Source of the DNA: Sporopachydermia quercuum
Taxonomy: Eukaryota
Direction: 5' to 3'
Assembly: GCA_001599295.1 (NCBI GenBank)
Contig: BCGN01000005.1
Span: forward strand, 310,001 to 374,000
Length of the DNA: 64,000 nucleotides
Every line of letters starts with the position of its first letter. The first letter of the stretch is position 1. A program made the translations under genes and the position numbers. Below the pieces are notes generated by a model. It saw nothing but the letters and a program-made list of their open reading frames with translations. It had not been told where the DNA came from and did not search any database. Below, piece by piece: positions 11,436 to 27,305 of the stretch.

Positions 11436-11603
11436 ATGCCAGTAGTGGTTGCAAACGATGAAATAATGATAATGAATCTTCTTCGTTAAGTCAAAATTGA
11501 TATAAATATATATGTTACATAATTCTAAAACCAGCTGTCATACTTGAAATCAATTCAAGTTAAAGTTATTTTGTTTCTAACAATAAATTGCTGAAAGGAA
11601 TTA

Positions 11604-12191
11604 TTAAAAAGACTGCTGAAAGTCCATCAAACTCATTGATATTTTGCTTTTCGCTGCTTTTTCTTTACTTATCAGTGCTGATAGATTACTTTGTTTTCTC
11701 TTCTTCGCCCTTTGTTTTGCTGACTTTGCTGTATCCTTCTCCTCTGCTTTACCATTCTCGTTGTTCAAAGAATCATTGGGTCCTCTAGTTGTAGATATAC
11801 CTATAGTTGCTACCAGTTTCGTCTTGGTTGGATTCCCTTTTGATCTTCGAGGTTTATTAGGATTTAGTGCTTCATGGTGTCTACAATGATCACATTTCAC
11901 GCATTTATATCTTATGGCTCTTTTCCTTGGTTTCCATTCACTTTTTAATTGTGGTTTAGTACTTTTCTGTTTCTTATATTGCATTCTTACCTCCAATGTT
12001 AAACCTGGTATAAACAGGCCACCGCAACCAGGGCAAAATTCCTCATTTAGCTGTTCCGGAAGATTGATTTCTGACTTTGTTGCTGCTGTTCCAAGAAGAT
12101 CCCAATAAAAGGCCCCAAGAGGATTCAAGCCATTTCTGTATGCGAGATTCTGTAGATGAAGTACTTTTGCCGATGCATTAGCCGATGCCAT
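11604..12191 (-). CDS. RNase P/MRP Rpr2/Snm1-family zinc-binding subunit (Snm1-like)
   Basis: FCPGCGGLFIPG..V and YKCVKCDH zinc ligands, plus a Lys-rich tail SAKQRAKKRK..L..SLMDF. Sits next to PEX29-like and near SNF1, as SNM1 does in S. cerevisiae. Confidence 0.8.
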   Translation of the reverse strand: MASANASAKVLHLQNLAYRNGLNPLGAFYWDLLGTAATKSEINLPEQLNEEFCPGCGGLFIPGLTLEVRMQYKKQKSTKPQLKSEWKPRKRAIRYKCVKCDHCRHHEALNPNKPRRSKGNPTKTKLVATIGISTTRGPNDSLNNENGKAEEKDTAKSAKQRAKKRKQSNLSALISKEKAAKSKISMSLMDFQQSF

Positions 12192-12881
12192 TATAAAAAG
12201 AGTATTCAGGAAAGTATGATTTGGTATCGCATAGATTTTAATAGCAAGTCAGTTGTGGAGCATAATGAACATCTCTTTTAATGTAGATAAGAATCATTCC
12301 ATCTAATAAACGTATCTAAGAATGATGTATTGGTAATTAAATGAGCTAAATAGCTCGGTGAATTATGTTAGAAGAAAGGAAAGATTATTCATTTGGNGCT
12401 CTGAGCTTGAAAGGAGACTTGATGTCAAATTCACAGAGTTTGGGAGTACTCTTCTTTGTCTAAAGGAATAATACGACTCTACATTATTACTATCTTCTCT
12501 TTCAGCCAAAATAAAAAAAAAAATATGATTCTAAGTAAGTGTTAACTTTATTTTGACCAATATTAATGGCTAATAACGATATCGTGAAAAGATATGAAGT
12601 ATATCGGTACCTGTCAAACAAAGTTTTATGATAGAAATTCTATGCATTTGTTTTGCATATTTTCTTAAACTTTATACTAATGAAGAAAAAGCACTTTCCC
12701 GATTTGGAATTTGGAGTATTGTATCCAAATTTGATTGTTAGTGCATAACTTTAGATCATAACTTTATCTCTTTATGTTTTCAGAGGAATACCAAAGGAAA
12801 TGGAATACCTACAAATAGCTACTAAATAATAGAATGAATGTACTAAGAGTACTAAATTAATGTTTGTAATTTGTTCAAGAA

Positions 12882-14361
12882 TTATGGTGTATATGGCGTT
12901 GTTCTGGAAAGAGATTGTGCTGGAATGACACGAGATTTACGTTTCGTAGGCGATGCAAGATAATCAGCACCCTCCTTCTCAAAAGAATCTCTGAACACAT
13001 TTATACTTTGAGGACTCTTGGCAGGTGTCAATAAACCAAGAATCTTCTTGGAAACCTTTGGAGATTGGAGATCAAATCGTAGTTCTGGTGGTGTATTTTC
13101 TTTTCCTCTTGCTGGAGCTTTCACCCTTCGAGATTCTTTGCAATGAATATGTCTGTTATCCGAATCTGTGATGTTCTGAAGGGCTTTTCTCTTGAGGNAC
13201 TTCCGTTTCACTGGAGTTGTAGGTATATCAGTAATAGCTTCCATATGATCATCTAACGTTGATTGTCTCTTGAATAGCTCCGGAATACGTTTCTTCAAAT
13301 CTTTTACCCACAAATCACATTCACCATCAACATGGTAATCAAAGATAGGATTGAAAGAACTGCTGACCGGCCCTTTGTTGATCAACACTACTATGCCACC
13401 TCTATTCTTAACAGCTGATGCAGCTTGTCTTACTAGCTTTTTCACACCATCAATTTTGAGTGTCGTTCCAATGACCAGTAAAAAATCAGGTTGGCGCGAT
13501 TTGGAGCTTGTTGTATCGAAATTTATCAGTGTAGCTATTTCACTGGGTGAGGGATGTGATTCATTGTAAAGAACAATATTAGGTCTTAAAGCACCCATTG
13601 GCAAAGCTCTTTTACCTGAAACCTCACGGTTTTCAGAAAGGTCCTTGCAACGAGGACAAGTCGTTAATACACCTTCATGATAATCATTTTTGATATCAGC
13701 ATCCCATGATACTAAATGTGAACATAAGGAACAATACAACGTATCTATAGATCCATGCAGTTGAATTACATTGTATGTAGATCCAATTTTCGAAACGGAA
13801 GATTTGTGAAATATTGAGCTCAATGCTAATGGATTGACAGGATGAAGATGTGGGGTTCTTGATTCAAGATCATCAATATTTTGGGTATAGCATCGTACAA
13901 GTTTTCTACTATTCGCTAGAAGTGATAGAAATGCATGTGTTTCAGTAGGGGTGGCATCTTTGCAGTATGTATGAAGAGATGCGATGAATTTACAAAATAT
14001 TATGGCAGTCGAAGGTGATGATAATGCTGAAGAGTCGAACAAGTCTTCTCCTTTCACGGATTTTGGTTTCCCCTTTTTTGCAGGTTTCTTAGATTTCTCG
14101 TCATCAGCATTTGCTTCTAGATGCAAATGGTAAAGACCATTAGAGGAACGAAAGTCCTAGAAACAACTGCGTTAGTTCAAATTCTACTACATCAGTATGC
14201 ATTCATAGAGATCAAACAATACTTACTGGAATGCCTGCACCACAGCTAATTCCTGCACCAGTAACTGCAATAATCTTCCTTGATTTTTGAACAGCTCTTG
14301 CTATTATATCTAAATTTTGCGATCTATCTCCTCCCAGAGTTTCCAGGCTTATTCTAATCAT
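12882..14361 (-). CDS. HST3: NAD-dependent sirtuin deacetylase Hst3, 2 exons (14361-14227, 14156-12882)
   Basis: Intron 14226-14157 (GTAAGT..AACTAAC..CTAG) restores TGAGISCGAGIP|DFRSSNGLY. Also YTQNIDDLE, QLHGS, CxxC..CxxC, LRPNIVLYNE and IGTTLKIDGVK. Confidence 0.88.
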
Positions 14362-14883
14362 CTTGCTTACTATTATTATAGTAAGAGAGTCTAGTGTATG
14401 CTACCTTATCTGCTCATGCGTGTGCATTGGGTAATCAATTGCTATGGCTTACTAAAATTATTATACATCAACTGTTTACCTAGTCCTTCAATTGGTAGTA
14501 AAAGAAAAAATTCAGGTAGTCAGAACTATCTTTATGTAGAAAATGAGTATAGAATTAATAGTCTACTTATATATCTTATATATAAACTACTTTACGCGAT
14601 GATTGAAAAATAAATAGAGTTTTTAGGGACGCGACTCGACACGTTCAAATCATAATCACATGTACATACTAAAGAGGAAAACTCCTTGTTTGGTATTCCA
14701 ATAATCTTGCATACCTCAAGCGCTGAAATGTATGCATACATATGTATAGCAATGCACTACTATGTACTATAATGCAACATGTATCATCTGCGCTCCACAC
14801 TAAATTCAATTTCTGTCTAGTATTATTATATTTATTACATTACAGTATCAGAAACCAAGAAAAGAATAGATAGTTTTACACAA

Positions 14884-16698
14884 TTAACTTTGAGAATTCA
14901 CTGCTAACTCCATGATCAATCGAGTGGCAAGATGAAGGAATGGATAAGCCGAGAATGCAGAGATCTCATCATCTTTCTCTCTTTGAGTCTTTTCTTTGTT
15001 TGATGCTCCATCTTTCATATCACTCGCACACTCTTTAGTATTTTCCCAGCCGTCAAACTTGAAATCAACTAAATAATTATCCTGTTCAATTTGGTAGAGT
15101 TGAATTTGCATTTTCATGAAATCGGGTTGAATAGCATTGTCATTTTCATCAGTCCCAGTTTTCTCCGGCGCATATTTCCATCTCACACGAATAGTCCAAA
15201 GTTCTTCATCGGTAGGTTTTACCCATTCAGCACCTAGTGATTTCAGAGCACGATAGATTTCTCCCATTACATCTAATGGATAAGATCGGGATCTGATGCC
15301 AAAATGCCACCTTGTTTTTGACTTCTTAGACGATACAGGAGCAATCTTTCTGATGGCTGGATCGTTTGAAGTAAGCATACTAGCTCTATGATATGCAGGC
15401 AAAGAAGAAGGTAATACTGCAATTGTAGTATGCGGTGTTGCAACATGAGGGAAGACAAGTGAAGGATGTAAATGCTGAGAATCAAAGGTGAGGGTTGGAG
15501 GGTTTTTACGGTTGTAAACAGTGCCATCACTACCCGAGGAAGTAGCTGCCGAAGGGTTGGCACCAACGGAAACAGCACTAGCAGCAGGTTGAGCTGTTTC
15601 TGTCCAGGACGGTGGTGACTGAGACAAATATGAATCCATACTAGCATTTTGTTCGGAATTAGTCCTGGCATCATTCACTAGCATCTTGTTTTCTCTTATG
15701 AGTTCATAAGCATCTCTGATTTCATTACCGGTATCGTCTTTGCTCTTTAAAGCTTCATATACTTCTTCTTTTCCGTAACCCATTGTCTTACCTAAAGCGC
15801 CAACAACTGAATCATCGATCTCGTCAGCAGCTTTGGGTTGCAATTCTGGAGGGAAAAGGTATTGTGGTAGACCTACCCGGAACCAAGGGTCTTCAATAAT
15901 CTCATTGACTGTAATACGATTCATAGGATTAACAACTAACATTCTTTGCAACAGATGTTTCGCTCCAGGTGTTAAATAAGGTGGTAGGGTATAAACACCA
16001 TTTGAAATCTTTTTGAATAATGCAGGAATAAATTCATCATCAAATGGCAATCTTCCGCATAACATTACGTATAAAATTACACCACAACTCCAAACATCAA
16101 CTTCAGGACCAGCATATAATTTACCGGAAATCACTTCAGGAGCAGCATAGTTTGGAGATCCGCAACTGGTTTTCAAGAAATTACCATCTGTCATGATATT
16201 AGAAAGACCAAAATCCGCAATCTTTACATTTAAATGATCATCCAATAGTAAATTTTCAGGTTTAAGATCACGATGAACAATTTTATGTCTATGGCAGTAT
16301 TCGACTGCAGCAATAATCTGCTGAAAAAACCTTCTAGCTTCGTTTTCCTTCATTATTCCTTTCTGTAGAATATAATCAAAGAGTTCCCTGCCAGCATATT
16401 CAATCACCATAATGATTTCATCTTTAGATTTAATAACATCATAAAGCTTAATGATATGAGGATGCCTTAATAGTCTTAAATACGAAATTTCTCGTTCGAC
16501 TCTTCCCTGCATATCAGATTTTGCTAAAGTTTTCCTATTGATGATCTTCAAAGCAACTTGTTGATGAGTAGCTAAATGATAGGCTAATTTCACTTTACCA
16601 AACGAACCCTCTCCCAAGGTTTTGATGATTTGGTATCTTCCGATCCTGCTACCATTTGGCACAGGATCATATCCACTATTCTTGAAGCGGTCCGACAT
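14884..16698 (-). CDS. SNF1: AMP-activated Ser/Thr kinase Snf1
   Basis: GEGSFGKVK, HRDLKPEN, DFGLSNIMTDGNFLKTSCGSPNYAAPE, a UBA-like region and the C-terminal WHFGIRSRSYPLDVMGEIY domain. Confidence 0.98.
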   Translation of the reverse strand: MSDRFKNSGYDPVPNGSRIGRYQIIKTLGEGSFGKVKLAYHLATHQQVALKIINRKTLAKSDMQGRVEREISYLRLLRHPHIIKLYDVIKSKDEIIMVIEYAGRELFDYILQKGIMKENEARRFFQQIIAAVEYCHRHKIVHRDLKPENLLLDDHLNVKIADFGLSNIMTDGNFLKTSCGSPNYAAPEVISGKLYAGPEVDVWSCGVILYVMLCGRLPFDDEFIPALFKKISNGVYTLPPYLTPGAKHLLQRMLVVNPMNRITVNEIIEDPWFRVGLPQYLFPPELQPKAADEIDDSVVGALGKTMGYGKEEVYEALKSKDDTGNEIRDAYELIRENKMLVNDARTNSEQNASMDSYLSQSPPSWTETAQPAASAVSVGANPSAATSSGSDGTVYNRKNPPTLTFDSQHLHPSLVFPHVATPHTTIAVLPSSLPAYHRASMLTSNDPAIRKIAPVSSKKSKTRWHFGIRSRSYPLDVMGEIYRALKSLGAEWVKPTDEELWTIRVRWKYAPEKTGTDENDNAIQPDFMKMQIQLYQIEQDNYLVDFKFDGWENTKECASDMKDGASNKEKTQREKDDEISAFSAYPFLHLATRLIMELAVNSQS

Positions 16699-17867
16699 GT
16701 TGATTAGCTGTTTGTTTAATAGCTATATCATACAAGCTTCAATTATTCTACTTCGTCAGCTAAGCAATATTCACTCTATCAATTGTCTCCCAGGACTTAG
16801 TACAACTCCAATAGATATACAAGCCAACCCAGCAAAAAGAATAATTATTACTTCTAGTAGCAACAATGTTCTCACAAAATCTTGTCTCAATTGAATTAAT
16901 CTTTAGGTAAATCAATACTCTTGAGTCTTCAAGCCCCCTGACGTCTTAAATAATCGTTGTGCAATAATTGCAACTATACGGCAATAGCAACTAAGGAAAA
17001 TNTATCGTACACTTTCTATTCGATTTCTTAAACTTTCTCTATATTCCCCAAAAAATAGTTTGAAACTACCGCTGCGATTAGTCTCCAATAATAATTTCTC
17101 GTGGATTTTCAAATATTAACTAGATAATCTAACAAGTCAATCTATTGTTGGAAGCGTTGGGTTGGCAGGAAAGTGGAGATTTGCCTTGGCTGGTGTCTCA
17201 AGCCCTTAAAACAAACTGTCGGGGGAAGCTGGAGATGAGAGGTTAACTTTGTTTGTGAGGGTTGTCAGATTGTGACATTAGTCGAATTCGTGTGACATTT
17301 CAGAGGGGAGATGTGTAGAGAAATAACTGTGTTTTGTGATTATGTAATCCGATAAAGAAGAGTACGAATAGGTGGAAGTGTCGATGAGCATAGATAAAGT
17401 CAGGAAGAGCTACAAACAGTGTATAATGTGCTTTAGGAAGTATATAAAACCAAAAAAGCTAATAGAATTCATATATAATAGACAGTAAAAGAAAGATTAT
17501 ACAACAGAGAGAAAGATTGAAAGAGAAAAGGAAAGAGAAAGGAAAGCCGTAAGTGAAAGTGAGGATAGACCGAGAAGTATCAATAATAGGATTATGGGGA
17601 AAGATTCAAGACATAGAAAGATAGTCAGAGACTAGAAATAGAACAGCAAAAACCAACAATATCAGTTCATTGAGAGTATCTGTCATTTGGAAACAACCAA
17701 CTATCAATCTAGTGTACTTCCTTCAGTTCAATTGAGCCAAATCAAAATAAATCGTACATAAAACAACTACTGTTTTACCTATGCACAAGGAAAAACTGAC
17801 TCGCAAGTCAATCGCCTAAAAACCATCTCATTTCTTCAACACTTGTCTCTTATACAACAAAAAAGAA

Positions 17868-19259
17868 CTATGACAAGTGAGTTTCATTAAATTTTTTAGT
17901 CACACTCGAAGTTTCAGACTCCGCTTGTGCTTGTTCATGTTTTTCATAAGCAGGGATTTCAAAACTCTCATGGAATTCTTGTCCTGGTAAGAAAGGAGCA
18001 ATTTGAAAGATCTGCTCTTTCATTCTTGCTATTTCTTCCGGTGAGTTACCAGTGTATTCAATATTCTTATAAATGCGATATTCTAACTTAGGTTCATCGT
18101 TCGGATCAGTGGTAGAATCATTGGGTCCATGAATTGACCTGAAGAGTTTCGGATAGAATTCAACGCCATCTTCTTCTCGCTTTCTAGCATCTTTTCTTTG
18201 TTGTTCTTCAATTTTATATTTCTCATCAGTGGCCACTGTATGATTACGTTCTCCAAGGGCTTTCAATACATATTTCCATAGATTTCTTGATTCAAACTCT
18301 CCCTGTTCAGAGATGGGTCTAACTTTTGGAGGTATAGGAACAGCTTCAAATGCATTGAAGAAATCAGATTTCTTACCAGTCTTCTTATTTTTGATTTCCA
18401 TTATTTCATTCCATTTTCCAGTAATTTCATATAGCACGTCTCCAGAAGAAATCTTTCGGATCTCACCTTGAACAGCGTTATAGGTACCAGAAATGAACCC
18501 TTTTGTTTTAAATTCGATATCAGCTTCTAAATCGAGGCTTTCGCATGAGATAATAGCATGATCACCTAATTCAAACTTCAATCTGCCAATGAGAATATTA
18601 CGGGCATACATATTAGGCTGAGTGATAGAATAAGTCTCTGGTAAACCTGTTTTCTTATCAATTATATCAAGGAACTTCAAATAGCCAATTCCTTCCATCA
18701 TAGATGCAACAGAGTTACCCAAGAATCTGGATCTAGGAACTAAAGCACCATCAATTCGAATGGCATTTTCTGGCGAGATGTAAAAGTAAGATGATTCAGG
18801 AGGATGATGTGATGTTTGTTCCGCAACATAGTAAGCTTGAGTATTATTCGGTAGATCCCAATAACAGGTGAAATATTCTCCAAGAACGGGATTCAATGGC
18901 TTCTTAACAGCTTTAGGAGTAATGTGCCATCCAGATAGATACCACTTCACAACCAGTTTGAATCTTTCTAAAGAATCAGATTTCATATCATGAGCTTCCA
19001 AAAGATATTGAGGATGNTGTAAAATATTGGTGATACGTTCCAACATAGATTTTCGCTCTAGGATGAACGTAGGTAAAGTTATTCTACTCAAATCACATCC
19101 TGGTCTTAATTGCGAGATAATTGATAGAATTATATTTTGTCCTTCTCCATCTACTTCATCAATGTCTTCCACATTCACGTTCTCTTCACTTGATTTTTCG
19201 TGGGCTTTATCGCCTCCTGAGCCAGTGAGTCTTCCTTTGAACTTGGAAGCAATTGCCAT
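17868..19259 (-). CDS. Oxysterol-binding protein, Osh6/Osh7 subfamily
   Basis: ISQLRPGCDLSRITLPTFILERKSMLERIT, KKPLNPVLGE and the EQTSHHPP signature. First ATG in the frame is 19259 (MAIASK). Confidence 0.95.
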   Translation of the reverse strand: MAIASKFKGRLTGSGGDKAHEKSSEENVNVEDIDEVDGEGQNIILSIISQLRPGCDLSRITLPTFILERKSMLERITNILXHPQYLLEAHDMKSDSLERFKLVVKWYLSGWHITPKAVKKPLNPVLGEYFTCYWDLPNNTQAYYVAEQTSHHPPESSYFYISPENAIRIDGALVPRSRFLGNSVASMMEGIGYLKFLDIIDKKTGLPETYSITQPNMYARNILIGRLKFELGDHAIISCESLDLEADIEFKTKGFISGTYNAVQGEIRKISSGDVLYEITGKWNEIMEIKNKKTGKKSDFFNAFEAVPIPPKVRPISEQGEFESRNLWKYVLKALGERNHTVATDEKYKIEEQQRKDARKREEDGVEFYPKLFRSIHGPNDSTTDPNDEPKLEYRIYKNIEYTGNSPEEIARMKEQIFQIAPFLPGQEFHESFEIPAYEKHEQAQAESETSSVTKKFNETHLS

Positions 19260-20807
19260 TTTAATTAATCTGTTAACTATAAACAATTGTTCGTAATGTT
19301 GTATGTGTACGTGTCTATTGCCGATTAACTGTTGGGATAAACATACACAATGACTAGACAAATAGACCACTTTATTACAATATCCAATTGTACTTTTTCC
19401 GATTCCACTTAGATATTAACAGTAATCAATTTTTCAAAATTGCTTTCTGTTTCTTCCAATTTTCAGCTGACGTTCAGTCACAAGACAATTCCTGTTTCCT
19501 AATAACGTAACAAGCAAGCACTCATAAACCACTCAGATGTTCAATCCACTACAAGATAGATCTGATCAGTAATAAATCTAAAGGTTAAATCAAACTTGTG
19601 CGTCAAACAAACCACTGTCAACAACTCAATATCTTATTGGTATCTATTGTATAATCATTTAACAGATGATCCAATTCTGTATTGGAAACACACGAGATAT
19701 AATAAGTAAATATGATAGCTTATGAAGCAATGTCCAGCTTGATTTCTGGCTGGTGGGCGAGAGACTGTCTGGGAAGGTTGGAGTTTGTTCCTAATAGAGT
19801 TTTATCTTTTGTGCAGGATGGGATAATATGATGTAAAATAATGCAGAATGCTGCAATAAGCATGCAGCGATAGAAATTCAAGTAGATTTGGCAGTAGAGA
19901 TGATAGGATACAGACTATAGAAGAGAATGTANATAATATATATTGAGGTAGTTACAGGTTTATCTTGGGATATAGATTGGAATTTGAAGCGATTGGCATG
20001 ATTTCTTTTTGTATTGCGGCTAATAGATGAATAAGTTATACCCTCCAATGACATCTGTACAAGGTAGACGACCAAGGGTATGTGTCTCACTTGACACTTA
20101 ACTATAAACAACTTGATGGTTACAATAACAACGAGGAAGGAAGAGAGTAAGGTATGCAGTGCTAAAAACTGGTGACTATCAGTTGCGCTATGAAATCTCA
20201 AAGTGAGAGCCCATATATTTTATAATTTACTTTGTACTTCNTTTTTTATTCAGACATTAGTTTGTCTTTCCTTACTATCTCATCTTTTGCGCTCTTTCTC
20301 CATTTGGTTGTTTATTATGTATAATTATGCATGCAGGGACAAGACCAAAAGTTAAATGCAAGCCTAATGATTTTTGGTTTGGAGCTCCTCAGCTCATAGA
20401 TTACCTACCAACCAGAAAATGCACAACTGAAAATAAATAAGCAGGTAATAGTATCTTCCTTTCGCTTTCAGAATGTCATAATATTGTATTAATTCAATCA
20501 TTAGTATTCAACTGATACCCGATATTCCTTGTCTAATCAAAAGAAGGTTCGAGTCTTTTTTTATTGTCGTATTTCTAGTACTGGGATATGCACTTATTAC
20601 CGAATCCAATCAGTACGATTGTGGCGCAGTATTTTAGAATAAAGATTCACTTTAGCATTAAACTACTTACTACACTTATGTCAATACATTACATTTTACT
20701 TATCGTTTCTATACTATGTCAGTCTTTTTAATAGTCTTCCATTATCTAATTACTATGATATCTACCATAATAACGAGGGGTATGCCTTAATATTAGAAGT
20801 CTCAAAT

Positions 20808-22701
<1,894 letters not shown>

Positions 22702-24156
22702 CTAAAGTCACCCTTAGAATATGCAGTGGAATACAAATTGCGTCAAAGATGCAGTTCGTTGTAAATCCTTTGTTCTCTGTTTATTTATGTAGTGATTGTT
22801 TCAATTGGTCTATGTGGTAGTCAATTGTTATTTAATCAAACATTAAAGACAATGAAGGCTAAAATACAAACCAGTCAAGCGGATAAATGAATGATAGGAT
22901 CAACTACTATACCAGGGTGAAACTAAGGCTTCCAGAGAGTCTGAGCGACGTATAGATCAGGAAATCTCCTTATGGTGTTTTCGAATTAATTGTATAATAG
23001 TGCTTCGGAGAGAATTCTAAAAAAATGTATGAAAGAACTATTCGAGATATTCTTTGCTTGGATATGAGATATATGCATAAGCATGCATTGTTGCTGTATA
23101 AACAATAACATGTATAGAAACGGAGATGTTCATTAGGCATAAGAGAGAGCCCTGGAGTAAACTTATATGCAATGATATGCACTAGACCTTGGTTGTGGTA
23201 TGGGTGTAATGTTCATCTCAGAGATGGGGAGTATTTGAGATAACTCTTAATTCATTCTGAAATATATGAAATATATAAAAAGAATGAGAAAACTGATTGT
23301 ATGGTCAACATAATGAAACAGCTGGTTAATTATCTTTAACTAACCCTTTTCAACTTGATACTTCGCTTGTTCTACTTATATTTAAATATTACACAAAGTA
23401 CATATATCCCGTGGGGAGATCACGTCTCTCCGTGAAGCTATGCAGACTCCATTTATTGCCCCAAATATTATCATAAAACCCAATGGTACTCTCAATTGTT
23501 TGACGACCTCTAAATGATTTGACTGAAAAACTTACACCTTGTATTTATATTATTTGGAAGAAATCATTNGATATTCTTTATTATTGTTTTATATTAAGTG
23601 AAATCAGTTCTGCAGTATTAAAGACAAGCAAATCCTCAGTATTTGATATCTTTGTACTACCTATCCACAAATAGCCAAATCAGACCCTTAAGACATACCG
23701 TCTCCTCTTGGCCCCTTGATCCTTTCTCTCCATGTTTTCGGAGTTACAGCTAAAGATTCAATCAACAATTATGACCCACTACTGTACTAACTCTATTTGA
23801 ACCTGCTAAATCCTCCCTTTTCAAAATAGGACTAATCAGTTCTTCTAAGGTACCATAACTTTCATCCTCTATACAATTGAGTCTCTAAACGGTGAATTAC
23901 AATCATACAACCGTCATAGACCCTTCTTGTTCGTTTACGTTTCTGTGGTCTTTCACAAACAGTTCTGTATCAACAGCACAAATCAGCGCCAAATACACGA
24001 TAGGTTTATGAGCCATCACCTACTCACATAGGAAATCACGATTTGGTAGTGTATATCAAACAACAGTGAAGGTACTAATAGATTGATACAACGCAACCAG
24101 CACGTAACCAACAGTTATATTGTAGTTGTACAAGGAGAGCCACAAAGACTTTCAGT

Positions 24157-26250
24157 ATGGATCAAAAACTAATCAGTATTGTCAACAAGCTGCAAGACGC
24201 TTTGGCACCATTGGGAGGTGGATCTGCCAATCCAATCGATTTGCCTCAAATCACTGTTGTTGGATCACAGTCTTCAGGAAAATCATCAGTACTAGAAAAC
24301 ATTGTGGGTAGAGATTTCTTGCCAAGAGGAACAGGTATTGTTACCAGGAGACCCTTAATTCTTCAGCTTATCAATAGAAGGGCCACAGTTCATTCCGATA
24401 AAAAAAATGGTGACCTGATTTCTGATTTGCCGCCNTCTGAGTCAAGTGCGGATTCAGAATCGAATGAAAATGAATGGGGTGAATTTCTTCATCTCCCAGG
24501 TAAGAAGTTTTATAACTTCAACGAAATTCGTGACGAGATTGTTCATGAAACAGAAGCTAAAGTTGGTAAGAACGCTGGCATTTCTCCTGTTCCTATCAAT
24601 CTACGTATCTATTCTCCTAATGTATTGACACTCACATTAGTTGATCTTCCGGGTCTCACTAAAGTTCCTGTTGGAGATCAGCCGAAAGACATCGAACGTT
24701 TGATCAAAGACATGGTTTTGAAATTCATTTCCAAACCAAATGCAATCATTCTATCTGTTACAGCTGCTAATACCGATCTTGCTAACTCTGATGGATTGAA
24801 ACTTGCTCGTGAAGTTGACCCTGAGGGTAATAGAACAATTGGTGTATTGACAAAGATTGATCTTATGGATCCTGGTACTGATGTTATTGATATTCTTGCA
24901 GGAAGAGTGATTCCTCTTCGTTANGGATATGTTCCAGTGATCAACAGAGGTCAAAGAGATATTGAAGGCCGCAAGAAAATCAAGGATGCTTTAGAAATCG
25001 AAAGAAAGTTCTTTGAATCCCATCCTGCCTATTCCACCAAGGCTGATTACTGCGGTACTCCGTTCTTAGCTAAAAAGCTGAATAATATTCTTCTAAGTCA
25101 TATCAAAGCCACTTTGCCCGATATTAAAATGAAGATCGAAGCCACTTTAAAGAAGTATGAATTAGAATTAGTCAGTCTGGGATCTGAATCATTTGGTACA
25201 CCTTCATCCATTGTTCTAAGCGTTATTACAGAATTCGCTAAAGAATATAGAGATGTTTTAGATGGTGAAGCTACTGAACTAGCTTCCAATGAATTATCCG
25301 GTGGTGCACGTATCTCTTTTGTTTTCCATGAAGTTTTTAGAAATGGAATTGAAGCATTAGATCCATTTGACCAAATCAAAGACACTGATATTAGGACCAT
25401 TCTATACAACGCTTCTGGTTCAGCACCAGCACTATTTGTTGGTACACAAGCATTTGAAGTGTTAGTTAAGAAACAAATCCGGAGATTCGAAGATCCCTCC
25501 CTTAGATGTGTGACATTAATTTTTGATGAGTTAGTCAGAATTCTTTCTCAAATATTAACGAAGAATACAATCTATACTCGATATCCTTCTTTGAAAGAAC
25601 AAGTAAGTACTATATTCATTCAATATCTAAGGAAGGTACTTGTTCCTACTAATAAACTCGTGTTGGATATTATTGCTTCTGAAGAAGGATATATTAATAC
25701 AGCACATCCTGATTTTCTTAAGGGATCACAAGCTATGGCAATGGTACAAGAGAGATTACATCCTCGTCAAGTGCAATTAGATCCTAAGACTGGAAAGCCC
25801 CTTAAAGGCTTGGAAGCGCAAAGCACTGGTTTATCGATTGAATCAAAAGAAGAGAACAGTGGAAATGGGTTCTTTGGCACTTTTTTCAATTCGGCTGCAA
25901 AGAATAAGAAGCGAGCAGCTTTAATGGAACCCCCTCCCCATGTTCTTAGAGCAACTGGTGCTATGACCGAACGTGAGACATTAGAAACAGAAGTTATCAA
26001 ACTGTTGATTTCGAGTTATTTTAATATAGTAAAACGAACAGTAACTGATTTGGTTCCAAAAGGTGTCATGTTGAAGCTGATCCTTCAATCTAAAGAAGAG
26101 ATTCAAAAAGAACTATTAGAGCAAATTTATAGTGGTGGAGATTTAGAGGATTTGGTTAAGGAGAATGATTTCACAGTTCAAAGAAGAAAGGAATGTTTNA
26201 AGATGGTAGAAGTGTTAAAGAATGCTAGTGAAATTGTTTCACGGGTTTAA
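24157..26250 (+). CDS. VPS1: Dynamin-like GTPase Vps1
   Basis: [28 protein letters not shown] and TKID motifs, middle domain and GED. Adjacent to PAP1 as in S. cerevisiae. Confidence 0.95.
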   Translation: MDQKLISIVNKLQDALAPLGGGSANPIDLPQITVVGSQSSGKSSVLENIVGRDFLPRGTGIVTRRPLILQLINRRATVHSDKKNGDLISDLPXSESSADSESNENEWGEFLHLPGKKFYNFNEIRDEIVHETEAKVGKNAGISPVPINLRIYSPNVLTLTLVDLPGLTKVPVGDQPKDIERLIKDMVLKFISKPNAIILSVTAANTDLANSDGLKLAREVDPEGNRTIGVLTKIDLMDPGTDVIDILAGRVIPLRXGYVPVINRGQRDIEGRKKIKDALEIERKFFESHPAYSTKADYCGTPFLAKKLNNILLSHIKATLPDIKMKIEATLKKYELELVSLGSESFGTPSSIVLSVITEFAKEYRDVLDGEATELASNELSGGARISFVFHEVFRNGIEALDPFDQIKDTDIRTILYNASGSAPALFVGTQAFEVLVKKQIRRFEDPSLRCVTLIFDELVRILSQILTKNTIYTRYPSLKEQVSTIFIQYLRKVLVPTNKLVLDIIASEEGYINTAHPDFLKGSQAMAMVQERLHPRQVQLDPKTGKPLKGLEAQSTGLSIESKEENSGNGFFGTFFNSAAKNKKRAALMEPPPHVLRATGAMTERETLETEVIKLLISSYFNIVKRTVTDLVPKGVMLKLILQSKEEIQKELLEQIYSGGDLEDLVKENDFTVQRRKECXKMVEVLKNASEIVSRV

Positions 26251-27276
26251 ATGGAATATAATTAGATACGTGAACATGACGTGTGTGTTATTCTATTATG
26301 AGGATTGCATATGCGATGTTATTAGGTAATATGAAACAAAGATGTCAGACTAATCATTGTAACAGAGACATACAGTTTTTTTCTTGTGCTAGGAATTATG
26401 TAGTTGAATGTTAGAAAGATGATTTTCAGGACACCAGTGTATACTGAGTTATTATAATAAAACATAATACTGTCTCACCACTGAACTGTCAAAGATATGT
26501 ACGATGTACCTGACAATTGTTCTTTATCCAATAAGCTTTTACCCTCTTACGAACCCGCTGTAGCAAATATTCATTTACTCATTAGCTTCTCATACAAAGA
26601 TAGGAAACCAAGCTCTTATTAATAATGAAAAAACCACTATCCTCTATCATAGTTTCTAAATATAATATATAACTATAGGTCCCCCGTTATATTCTCTAGA
26701 AAGATCCTAAACTTCCAAGAATACAATTCCGATTTATAGGAATCACCAGGAAAATATAATCGATGAGACAAATGTGGGTTCATAAATAAGGTTCCGTATT
26801 TATGCAATTATCCTGCATACTTATATTAAATTTATAATAATATAAACCTTAATAAAGATTCACCATAGCCCAATCATAAACTTTAATTCCTANAATAAAG
26901 CCAGATATTCTGTCACAAAAATGCTCACCTAATGAATGGCCTGCTGAACTGCCTTTACTCCCTGAACACTTGAGAATGGCCAAATAAAAACGTTCTGATC
27001 CCTTGCTTCAAATACTTTACTTCTATTGTAGAGTCATTTTGTTTGATGTTGACATGAAAAATCTTTGAGCTTTGCATTACCAAAAATAATAAGCGTTCCT
27101 ATTTGACTCCAGCAGACCTGATCATCTCCATAGCATAAATTCGATCTCCAGCCTTGCTTGGCTTCTGGATTCATCAGACGGCTCCTTTACCTGAATTTCA
27201 TTATTTATAGCGCCATTACTCATCTTTACATTGTCTCAACACTCCAATGTTAGGAGGACTCCAACTCTGAAAATAT

Positions 27277-27305
27277 ATCTCAATCCTCATCTCAATCCTC
27301 ATCTC
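27277..27305. repeat. Short tandem repeat (ATCTCAATCCTC)x2.4
   Basis: Read directly, in the 5' region of the TRP-like gene. Confidence 0.7.

Noticed and set aside
23780..23832. TACTAAC plus downstream TAG upstream of VPS1
   Set aside because: No consensus donor or upstream coding exon; VPS1 already starts with a conserved N-terminus.
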